From a virus: DNA of 64,000 nt. The position numbers and the translations under genes are program-made. Of this stretch, positions 48,351-55,795 are shown piece by piece (the stretch's first letter is position 1; every line of letters starts with the position of its first letter). The stretch covers positions 1,525-65,524 of IMG/VR virus record IMGVR_UViG_3300024219_000002. One strand, written 5' to 3'. Under the pieces are notes generated by a model, which was not told where the DNA came from, did not search any database, and saw nothing but the letters and a program-made list of their open reading frames with translations.

Positions 48351-48386
48351 GGTTTTCTTTCCACGCCGCTCAAGGCGGCGTTCGGC
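48283..48386 (+). repeat. attC site B6
   Basis: GCCCAAC-cactt-CTTGGAG...CTCAAG-gcggc-GTTCGGC; 8/9 pairing with 48099. Confidence 0.85.
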
Positions 48387-48637
48387 CAACTTTGTTCTAT
48401 GGCGGCATCGGCGAGAGCGAAGCCGTCGAAGTGGTCGAGTGCGCTTGCATTTTCCGCATCGAATCCGGCAGTGAAAGCGGCATCTATGATTCGCGCGATT
48501 TCCTTTTTGAGAGTTTCTTTGGCAGTGGACGAGTTGGCCGAACCAGTCGCTGAACCCGCAACTGGAGGCTCGCTCTCAGGTTTGGCGAATCCGCTATCCC
48601 ATTTTGCCGCTGCCTGCATTTGTTTCATCGTAGTCAT
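48347..48637 (-). CDS. Hypothetical protein (cassette B7)
   Basis: Start inside attC B7. Confidence 0.6.
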   Translation of the reverse strand: MTTMKQMQAAAKWDSGFAKPESEPPVAGSATGSANSSTAKETLKKEIARIIDAAFTAGFDAENASALDHFDGFALADAAIEQSWPNAALSGVERKP

Positions 48638-48673
48638 TCGACGCCTCCAGTGGGGTTAGCTTGGTCGTTAGTC
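48537..48673 (+). repeat. attC site B7
   Basis: GCCGAAC-cagtc-GCTGAAC...GTTAGC-ttggtc-GTTAGTC; 12/12 pairing with 48380-48391. Confidence 0.9.
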
Positions 48674-48925
48674 GGCGTGATACCACTCGATGAAGGCAAC
48701 GAAACACACGAGAAAAATTCCTAGGCCAATTACCCCAATCAGCATCACCCATCCATGCAGCACCCAAACCAAGAGGAGCAACGCAGCGGCAATAGCCATT
48801 ACGATTCGGTTCTTGCGACGGCGACGACTAACAAGGCGCTGGACACGAGCCGGAGGCTTGCCTCCGGGCGGACCTTGGTAGTCTTCAGCTACGAACTGTT
48901 CATCTTCTTCGGATAGGTATTTCAT
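48668..48925 (-). CDS. Two-TM membrane protein (cassette B8)
   Basis: ATG and GGAGG RBS inside attC B8; stop TAA lies in the previous R'. Confidence 0.65.
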   Translation of the reverse strand: MKYLSEEDEQFVAEDYQGPPGGKPPARVQRLVSRRRRKNRIVMAIAAALLLLVWVLHGWVMLIGVIGLGIFLVCFVAFIEWYHAD

Positions 48926-48961
48926 TTTGTCGCCTCCGGTCGGTCAGCTTTGTCGTTATGC
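48826..48961 (+). repeat. attC site B8
   Basis: GACTAAC-aaggc-GCTGGAC...GTCAGC-tttgtc-GTTATGC; pairs with GTTAGTCG (48667). Confidence 0.9.
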
Positions 48962-48971
48962 GGTTTAAGAT

Positions 48972-49175
48972 TCATGTCCATCTCGTCAGGCAGAGCCACA
49001 GAAACCCATACTTACAGCAGGGACACTGAATGAAGTATCCGCCTTGCGATCCATCGTCCCATGAGGCTTCCTCGCGGTTCACGGAGACGCGACAGTTGCA
49101 GCGTTTGCACGTCCCGAAAAGAACATCTTCATTCTTCGGCGCTTTGCCTTTACGTATGATTTTCAAACTCCGCAT
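48972..49175 (-). CDS. Small Zn-ribbon protein (cassette B9)
   Basis: CKRC..CPCC; ATG lies in the R'' box GCATAAC. Confidence 0.65.
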   Translation of the reverse strand: MRSLKIIRKGKAPKNEDVLFGTCKRCNCRVSVNREEASWDDGSQGGYFIQCPCCKYGFLWLCLTRWT

Positions 49176-49440
49176 AACAAATCGGTGCAGGCACTTTCAC
49201 TGTGAGTCCGAGTGCGTGGATTCTGCGCACCAGTTCACGGAAGTTGCCGCGTTGCTTTGAGACAATGAAGGATACCATTACGGCGTTGTCCAGCTTCCAC
49301 AGGTATCCGTCATATTTGTCGCTCGTAAAGCCGAGGATTTTTGCTCTTTCAGAGTCGAGATGAATGATCCCTGAGTCGAGATGAATGATCCCTGCTTTAG
49401 CTCCGCGCTTCCGGGCTTCGTCAATCTCGTCCTCAGTCAT
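49150..49440 (-). CDS. Hypothetical protein with a 7-aa tandem duplication
   Basis: GIIHLDS x2 (21-bp duplication 49352-49393); runs into the truncated attC. Confidence 0.55.
   Translation of the reverse strand: MTEDEIDEARKRGAKAGIIHLDSGIIHLDSERAKILGFTSDKYDGYLWKLDNAVMVSFIVSKQRGNFRELVRRIHALGLTVKVPAPICYAEFENHT
49172..49194 (+). repeat. Truncated attC (R''-L'' only)
   Basis: GCATAAC-aaatc-GGTGCAG; CCGCATAAC pairs with GTTATGCGG (48955); no right arm found. Confidence 0.7.
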
Positions 49441-49448
49441 AAAGTCTA

Positions 49449-50063
49449 TTACCTTTTCCTGAAAAAGGTGGAAGTTGATTCCTTCCCCGTGATCGTTTCC
49501 AGCCTGTCGCACCACTTTTCCGTGAATCGGACAGCGGTTTGAGTGCTGTTCCAATTTGAGTCATCAAGCAAAACGATCCCGCCTGACCTAATTTTTGGCA
49601 ACCACAGGCATACGTCGGACGTTGAACTCCATTCCGAATGAGTTCCATCTATGTGCAAAAAGTCGATGGGCGAAGGGATAACCTTGCTGGCGTCCAGACT
49701 GGTCATCCTGAGCACCCTAATGTGCTTGGCCATTCCCGAGGCGTGAATGTTCCCGATGAACATATTGTAGATGCCCTCCAGATTAACAACGTGCGACCAC
49801 CATTCGCGTGCGTCCGCTTCCGGCACGTCCACCAGGCAGTCGGACACCTGCCACGAATCCACTCCGTAAATGATTCCGTCGCCTTTCTTTGACAAACCTA
49901 TGGCGGCAGAGATGAGTGATTTGCCGGCGAACACTCCTATCTCGACGCAGGTCTTGCAGTCCTCTTGCATGACTTTCTCGGCAATGGCAATGCCCTTTTC
50001 TGGATCGCACCAGCCTTCGCGTATGCGCTCAAGTTCCGCAGTGATTTCTTCGTGGAGTGTCAT
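49449..50063 (-). CDS. Class I SAM methyltransferase (Methyltransf_24-like)
   Basis: VEIGVFAGKS, GVDSW, IDFLHIDGTH, GGIVLLDD. Confidence 0.85.
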   Translation of the reverse strand: MTLHEEITAELERIREGWCDPEKGIAIAEKVMQEDCKTCVEIGVFAGKSLISAAIGLSKKGDGIIYGVDSWQVSDCLVDVPEADAREWWSHVVNLEGIYNMFIGNIHASGMAKHIRVLRMTSLDASKVIPSPIDFLHIDGTHSEWSSTSDVCLWLPKIRSGGIVLLDDSNWNSTQTAVRFTEKWCDRLETITGKESTSTFFRKR

Positions 50064-50476
50064 GTCAAGCTCTCCAGTCCCATCGTCTTGATCTTCTCAA
50101 TGCAGGAGTTGCAGAAATACCAGTTCCTATCTTTGCTGTAAATCGTCGCTTCTCCCTTGCACATTTCGCATTGATACTTTCGGTAGTCGGAGAAAGTGGG
50201 TGGACTTTTAGACAACGCCTCGGTCACGGCTTCCGAAATGGTGGCAATCTCTTGAATCGCGCGAGCCTTGCCAGCGTCGTAGCCGGCCATGATGGAGTTT
50301 GAGAACCAGCCGATCATGCAACCTTCGTCGGTCGAAATGTTTGGATTGGCCCGCGCTGAGTACACAAAGGCGATAGCCCACGCACGCGCGTCTATTGACT
50401 TTGGAACAGACTTCCCATCGTTGCCGAGGATTCGGAATTTCTCGTCAACCGTCATTTCAAAAGGTTGTGTTGCCAT
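50060..50476 (-). CDS. Hypothetical protein
   Basis: DARAWA..MIGWFSNSIMAGYD motif plus C-terminal CxxC pairs. Confidence 0.65.
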   Translation of the reverse strand: MATQPFEMTVDEKFRILGNDGKSVPKSIDARAWAIAFVYSARANPNISTDEGCMIGWFSNSIMAGYDAGKARAIQEIATISEAVTEALSKSPPTFSDYRKYQCEMCKGEATIYSKDRNWYFCNSCIEKIKTMGLESLT

Positions 50477-50513
50477 CGCGCAGATTTATTTGATCGTCTT
50501 CATCCATGGCGAT

Positions 50514-51113
50514 TCAGAGTTGCCTGTGTTCTACCAGAACATCGCCAGTATCCCGGGCATGATTCGCCCACATCCCCTTGAGAAGTGAGACTCGCCAGCC
50601 ATGGTTGTCCACAAGGAGCTGCCTTAGCCCAATGTCAACTGGGTCAGGCAGCATGTGTTGTCCGAACTTCTCCCAGCATCGGTTTGGAACGATTGGCAGG
50701 ATGCAGCACGATCCGCTCGGATACTTTGAAGGGCCAAGCTGGTAGAATTCTGGTTCAACCAAAACTCCATCCGTCGGGATTATCGCCAACTGGTTGTCCC
50801 ATCCAGGTTCGCCCTCGAAGGTGATGTCGTCATTCGTGCAAACAATCCAGCGAGCATTGCAGTGAAGCGCCATCTCCGTGTAGAACTCGGAAAGCGAGCT
50901 GTATCCCTTATTGCGCGGTCCAATGAGCACTCGGGCGTCGGGATAGATGCTGTAAATCAACGGCACCACACCAAGCGTCGGGTAGTCATCGCCGTCCAGC
51001 CTCAGACAAATCTGGACGTTTTCAGCACTGCTTGTCGCCGCAACGGATTTGATCGTCTCAATCAATCTTTCGTGCCGGCCGCGGCTGGCGATCAGGACTC
51101 CACAGAGTTTCAT
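50514..51113 (-). CDS. GT2/GT-A-like glycosyltransferase
   Basis: VLIASRGR, LDGDD, WIVCTNDD. Confidence 0.7.
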   Translation of the reverse strand: MKLCGVLIASRGRHERLIETIKSVAATSSAENVQICLRLDGDDYPTLGVVPLIYSIYPDARVLIGPRNKGYSSLSEFYTEMALHCNARWIVCTNDDITFEGEPGWDNQLAIIPTDGVLVEPEFYQLGPSKYPSGSCCILPIVPNRCWEKFGQHMLPDPVDIGLRQLLVDNHGWRVSLLKGMWANHARDTGDVLVEHRQL

Positions 51114-51814
51114 GCTTTTTGTTTTGTTGCGAACAGAAGCCCGCCCGCCATGCTTTTGTCGTATTTTGGCCTTGGAATTCCACTGCCGGTAATCTCCACC
51201 GAGAATCCTTGTCCTCTCAACGCATCGGCATAGATGTGGCCGTCATAATTATGCCATTCCATGCAAAGGATGCTGACATGGCTTAACCAGTCCAAGTCGT
51301 TCTCGAAAATTTCCTTTTCTGCTCCCTCGCAGTCCAGTTTGACTACGATTGGGTTTTCCGATCCGAAGGCTGCAAGAACTGTTTGAATGACGTACTGCAT
51401 TGTAACGCACACGACCGGAACTGGCGCCAGTCCATTCATTTTACATGACGAACTCCCGGCAGGATGATCTAGTCGGTGGTAGAATTCTATTTTCCCATTA
51501 GTTGAGGAAATTGCCACATGGTTAAGGTCGTAAGCATAACTACCAAGTTCGATGTTGTTCAACGCAACATTTGCTTTAGCAACTTGAAAGTTGTCAACCG
51601 ACGGCTCAAATGCGATCACCTTACATTGTTTGTTGAGATGACAGATAAGCCCGAATTCACCGTAAAACGCCCCCACATCGATTACGGTTGATCGGTCTGG
51701 AATCATCCCCAATCGGTAGCAATCCTCATCAACTATCTCTCGAATCACTTCCGCGGCATGTGGAAGATTCAAAAACTTCGACCGACCATAGTTAATCGTT
51801 GGTGCTAAGCTCAC
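51110..51814 (-). CDS. FkbM-family methyltransferase
   Basis: VIDVGAFYG, IAFEP, VKLDCEGAE, MEWH. Confidence 0.88.
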   Translation of the reverse strand: MSLAPTINYGRSKFLNLPHAAEVIREIVDEDCYRLGMIPDRSTVIDVGAFYGEFGLICHLNKQCKVIAFEPSVDNFQVAKANVALNNIELGSYAYDLNHVAISSTNGKIEFYHRLDHPAGSSSCKMNGLAPVPVVCVTMQYVIQTVLAAFGSENPIVVKLDCEGAEKEIFENDLDWLSHVSILCMEWHNYDGHIYADALRGQGFSVEITGSGIPRPKYDKSMAGGLLFATKQKA

Positions 51815-52695
51815 TCGAAGTCCTTTATCGGTTGTCCGTCAAACCAATCATGGCTCGGTTGACCGCCGTGATGTGGGAACGGCTCTCCCGCCAGAACCTT
51901 TGCGCGAATCTCGCGGAGGTTGATCGGATGCTGAGATTGCTTCTGTCCGTAAAATCGTTCGATGGCCTTGTAATCCTTCGCCTCCTTGTCGTGATCGTAA
52001 CGACGTTTGGAAGTTTTCTTCATCTCTGGGCCGCACTCGCCGGGCGTCCTGTCCTGCAAGACTCTCATGCGTGGATCGTATTTCATCTCGAATCCGTTCG
52101 CCCTCAGCATTGAACCAAACTGGGTATCCTCGGCGCCAAGTCCGTCCAACAGCTCCTCAAACCCATTCACCTGCAATGCCCATTCCAGAGGCAACGCAAA
52201 GGTGCATCCGAAAAACCAGTGATGCTTGAAGTGTTCCGCGCCTCCGGGTCGGTCGCGGTGATCTTGGCCCATGAGTTGGCCGTAGTTTTTGACGACGCCG
52301 TTCTCGACTTTCAAATCCGAGTGTTTGCTATAAGAACCGCACACGGAATAATTGCCAGCCATTGCCTCGCGCACGGAGTCAAGCCAACCTGGATTCAAAA
52401 CGCAACGGTCGTCGCAGAAAGCGATCCAGTCAGTCTTGCATAGGCAAATGGCACTATTAAGGGATGAGCTTTTACTCCACCACTCATCCTTTGTGAGACG
52501 GTGCGGACCAGACCACACCGTCGGCTTAGGCGCCACATGAAGAACTCCATCCGCTATTGTTCCTAAAGCGCGAGAGCTGTAACCGTCCACGAAGATGATC
52601 GGGGCATCATTCCCGCCTTGGTTTCTAAGTGAGTCAAGAAACCATCGGAACTTCGGCTGCTCCCGGCAGGAAATAAATGCGGCGGTTAAACTCAC
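51811..52695 (-). CDS. GT2/GT-A-like glycosyltransferase
   Basis: IIFVD, N.AI, WIAFCDD, VNGFEE..GAEDTQFG. Confidence 0.82.
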   Translation of the reverse strand: MSLTAAFISCREQPKFRWFLDSLRNQGGNDAPIIFVDGYSSRALGTIADGVLHVAPKPTVWSGPHRLTKDEWWSKSSSLNSAICLCKTDWIAFCDDRCVLNPGWLDSVREAMAGNYSVCGSYSKHSDLKVENGVVKNYGQLMGQDHRDRPGGAEHFKHHWFFGCTFALPLEWALQVNGFEELLDGLGAEDTQFGSMLRANGFEMKYDPRMRVLQDRTPGECGPEMKKTSKRRYDHDKEAKDYKAIERFYGQKQSQHPINLREIRAKVLAGEPFPHHGGQPSHDWFDGQPIKDFE

Positions 52696-52979
52696 GACTT
52701 CTTCCCCTTCTTCAACTTGTTGGCCGTGGTCAAGATTCCCATTACGGTTTTGTATTGAGCGATCAATTCATCGGACCAATGTCTTCTTCCAAGCTCAAGG
52801 TCGGAGATGTATGCAGCACTAAATCCCATGTGCCTTGCTGTTTCACGTAACGACGTGGAAGTTGTTTCTCGAAGATGGCGCATCTGACCGCCTACAAACG
52901 CCTGGCACAGGACTTTTCCTGTTCCTTTACACTTTGGGCAAGGCTCGCTGCGATTCACGCGCAGACTATTAGCTAACAC
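52692..52979 (-). CDS. XRE-type HTH regulator with N-terminal CxxCxGxG
   Basis: CPKCKGTG; SLRETARHMGFSAAYISDLELGRR. Confidence 0.8.
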   Translation of the reverse strand: MLANSLRVNRSEPCPKCKGTGKVLCQAFVGGQMRHLRETTSTSLRETARHMGFSAAYISDLELGRRHWSDELIAQYKTVMGILTTANKLKKGKKS

Positions 52980-52997
52980 CGCTTACGTTGTCAACAC

Positions 52998-55328
52998 TTA
53001 TTCTTCTGAGCCATTCATAGCCATAGCCCGCTTATGCTCGGCCTCCAATTCTTCCATTCGCATATCGTGCCGTTGCTGTGCGGTTTTGTTGCGAATATCG
53101 GTCGCGGCCTTGGCATCTGCCAGCGCGAGAGATTGTCTGGTTTTGACTCCCTTTTCCGCCATGCCGAAACGAGTTTTCTGAGTGGCCAACGCCTGCTTGT
53201 TGTCCAACTCCATTTTCTTGAGCGCGAAATCGGATTGTTGCGCGGCCATCTGTTTCTGCATCTCGGCTTGCTTCTGTTGCTGTTGCTGCGCCTGTTCTTG
53301 AATGTGCTGAACAAGCTGATCGTGAAGCACGGCCAGCTTCTTCCAATGCTCCGTCAGTTCCGCCACGAGTTGTTTCCGCGAAGGATCGCGCGAGAGCCGT
53401 TGCAAATGTTGCGCGATGGCCTGCCCGGACAAATCCAGGAACGAAGCAACCTCTTGTGGATTGGCGCCCTGCTGCAATGTCGCAGCGGCTTGATCTGCGG
53501 CCTGCAAAAAGACCGGAGCGAAGATGGCTGGATTTTGGGATGCCGTAACCACGGCGGGCACGCCGATCTTCATGTCCGCAACCTGGCCCATGGCGGTCGC
53601 AACCTGGTCGTCGGGCAACTGGTCTGGTGTCGGCTGCGGGTTGTATCGCTCCACGGCGGCCTGCCCCGCGCCAGCAGCAATCATGTCGTCAATCAAATGT
53701 GTGCGTCCAGTCTCGGGCAACCCGGGACCGACCGTCATCCAAATCTCGTTCAGTGTTTGCTTGCGAAGGAACTCGCTTCCCTGACCGACAACGCGACTGG
53801 CTTTGACGTAATCCACCTTGGTCAACGCCTCGCGCGGCACGCCGTCCTCAACACAACGCTTGATGAATTCCTTGCACCGTTCCGCTCCCGGCCCGTAGCC
53901 GTATTCCTTGGCAGTAGCCCGGCGATACATCTCCGCATACAACGCATCCTTCTGCGCGTAGTAGCGGTTCATCTGAGTCTTTTGCAGGCTCGCTTCCTGT
54001 TGGGCGTCTATGCCGACTTCGTAGGCTGTGCGCGGATTTCCCTTCTGATTGGACTGACGCGCTCGATACTGACTCAGGTTCGAGGATATCGTGTTGCCCA
54101 GTTCCCGGTTGAACACCAGACCCTCCTCCATCACGCCTTGAATGGGCGTCTGGATCATTTCAAAACCCTCGGAAAGTACGGAATACTCCCCGAACTGAGT
54201 AAGTGAAAATTCTTCCGCTTGTGTGGAGGTTGTCGGCTTGAAAACCATCTTGGGCGAGAAAGCCTTGTCCGCCAGATTGCACATCAGCCGATTCTGAAAT
54301 TCTATGGCAGAGAACATTTTTATTCCCATGCCGGTGACGGAGTGGTGGAAGCCGCCCCCGCCACGGTCGTAATACATCGGGTGAATGCACTGATTCCAGT
54401 TGTCGAACCGGCCTACCTTCTGGAAAAGGAACTTGTCTCCCGGCATCCCCTCCACTGTGTCGGCGAGGATGATTACGTGGCTGACCTTGCCTTCCGGTTC
54501 TCCAAGTTTGCAGAACTCACGGAAGAACAGATGCACGCAACGGATCGTTGTGCTGGTGTTGGAATAGTAGAGGCTCCCGTTCTTCAACTGTTGCTGATGC
54601 CACTCCCAGTTAATCCACAGTCCGCCTTTCTGGTAATCAGGATGCGCGCGCATGATGGCCTGTCGCACACGCTCCACGTTCCATCCCATGTCGGTTGCTT
54701 CCTTGACGTGCAGGATTCGCTCATACAACTGGTGCGCGAGGTAATCCACTTCCACCGAGGCGAGTTCCCAATACGCCGTGTTGCTCTTGGATCGCTCGGG
54801 CACTTTCAGCCTGCCGGCCAGAACAGCTTCCGGCCGCCAATCGAAGTTGTCCTGAAAGACCAGCGGACCACACCCATAAAGCGTCATCTCGTCCTGACTG
54901 ATCTGAATGTTGTAATCAAACGACGGCTCGAACCGGCACAGCCAGTCAAAGTGAGTCGTGACCTTCCTTGAGTACTGGTCAGCCAGTTCCTTGCTGTCAG
55001 CCTTTAACCGGATGGAGGCGAAGGATGGCGCTTCGGAGAACAGGTCGTAAAACGCGCCAACGGCATTGTTGAAATATGACTCGGCAATGCGCCAGTTGAC
55101 ATTGCATTGATTGTCGCGTCCAGCCGCGCTCAGGTCGGATTGGCGGTAGGGAGGGTTGCCATCAACCAGTCCCTTGACCAACTGACGCTTCTTGGCCCTC
55201 ACAACGTCGGCGGACCACATTCTTTCGTAGATCGACCTTGCTTGACTTGCGGTGGCGATGCGCGTTTCGGGTGGCGTGCCCGAGTCTTGCAGAGTCTTTA
55301 GGCTTACGTCCGAGTCGGTATTGTTCAT
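52998..55328 (-). CDS. Portal protein (with C-terminal Gln-rich barrel)
   Basis: ~776 aa near the terminase; RTAYEV motif and long Q-rich coiled tail as in P22-like portals. Confidence 0.78.
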   Translation of the reverse strand: MNNTDSDVSLKTLQDSGTPPETRIATASQARSIYERMWSADVVRAKKRQLVKGLVDGNPPYRQSDLSAAGRDNQCNVNWRIAESYFNNAVGAFYDLFSEAPSFASIRLKADSKELADQYSRKVTTHFDWLCRFEPSFDYNIQISQDEMTLYGCGPLVFQDNFDWRPEAVLAGRLKVPERSKSNTAYWELASVEVDYLAHQLYERILHVKEATDMGWNVERVRQAIMRAHPDYQKGGLWINWEWHQQQLKNGSLYYSNTSTTIRCVHLFFREFCKLGEPEGKVSHVIILADTVEGMPGDKFLFQKVGRFDNWNQCIHPMYYDRGGGGFHHSVTGMGIKMFSAIEFQNRLMCNLADKAFSPKMVFKPTTSTQAEEFSLTQFGEYSVLSEGFEMIQTPIQGVMEEGLVFNRELGNTISSNLSQYRARQSNQKGNPRTAYEVGIDAQQEASLQKTQMNRYYAQKDALYAEMYRRATAKEYGYGPGAERCKEFIKRCVEDGVPREALTKVDYVKASRVVGQGSEFLRKQTLNEIWMTVGPGLPETGRTHLIDDMIAAGAGQAAVERYNPQPTPDQLPDDQVATAMGQVADMKIGVPAVVTASQNPAIFAPVFLQAADQAAATLQQGANPQEVASFLDLSGQAIAQHLQRLSRDPSRKQLVAELTEHWKKLAVLHDQLVQHIQEQAQQQQQKQAEMQKQMAAQQSDFALKKMELDNKQALATQKTRFGMAEKGVKTRQSLALADAKAATDIRNKTAQQRHDMRMEELEAEHKRAMAMNGSEE

Positions 55329-55330
55329 AA

Positions 55331-55795
55331 TTAAACCTCGTTCCATTTCCCAATCGGACAACTTTCACTTGCTAACTGCAATTTTTTTGCAGAGCAGCCG
55401 CACTTGGCGCAGGCGACCGCCATGATTCCGGTTTTCCCGCTAAAGAAATTGCAAGCTCCACAAATAGACAGGCGAGCGTCAAATTCTTCCGCCGTAACAG
55501 TCTTAAATCCTGTCCTTGCTGACTTATAAAGTGCCTGAGCCAGCGTTGACATCTTCTCTAACAAACTTGGGGGTAAAAACTCCTCACAAGTGCTGGCTGC
55601 GGCATTCCGGCAAAGCTCCTCTTCAAACTGTTCATCAAACTGCAATCCAATCGGAAGGTTGTTCGCGTGTTTATAATCAACAACCATCTTCTTGAGCTGG
55701 TCAAAGTAGGGATGCCTTTGCTCGTACCCATTGTCGTGTTTATAAATGAAAGTTCCACCCCTCGGAACGGCTGAGTTGTCTTTTACCTTTTTCAT
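55331..55795 (-). CDS. Cys-rich protein (RxxICxxC...CxxCGC...CPxGKW)
   Basis: True start MKKVKD overlaps the terminase stop; the longer ORF-track N-terminus is spurious. Confidence 0.75.
   Translation of the reverse strand: MKKVKDNSAVPRGGTFIYKHDNGYEQRHPYFDQLKKMVVDYKHANNLPIGLQFDEQFEEELCRNAAASTCEEFLPPSLLEKMSTLAQALYKSARTGFKTVTAEEFDARLSICGACNFFSGKTGIMAVACAKCGCSAKKLQLASESCPIGKWNEV

Larger units (their letters stand above)
45719..49194 (+). mobile_element. Integron-like cassette array B (9 cassettes; boundaries G|TT at 45719, 46341, 47170, 47429, 47708, 48099, 48380, 48667, 48955), no integrase
   Basis: Chain of attC sites with 8-12-bp R''/previous-R' complementarity (one degenerate); last site truncated. 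Confidence 0.88.

Noticed and set aside
45719-49194. CRISPR array or simple terminator series
   Set aside because: Units are non-identical palindromes of about 90-140 bp separated by whole genes and chained by R''/R' complementarity; no cas genes seen.
53034-54971. Long + strand ORFs (390 aa, 250 aa), and similar ones at 4565..6320 and 39999..40745
   Set aside because: Antisense shadows of portal, virion and capsid genes with no protein-like motifs.
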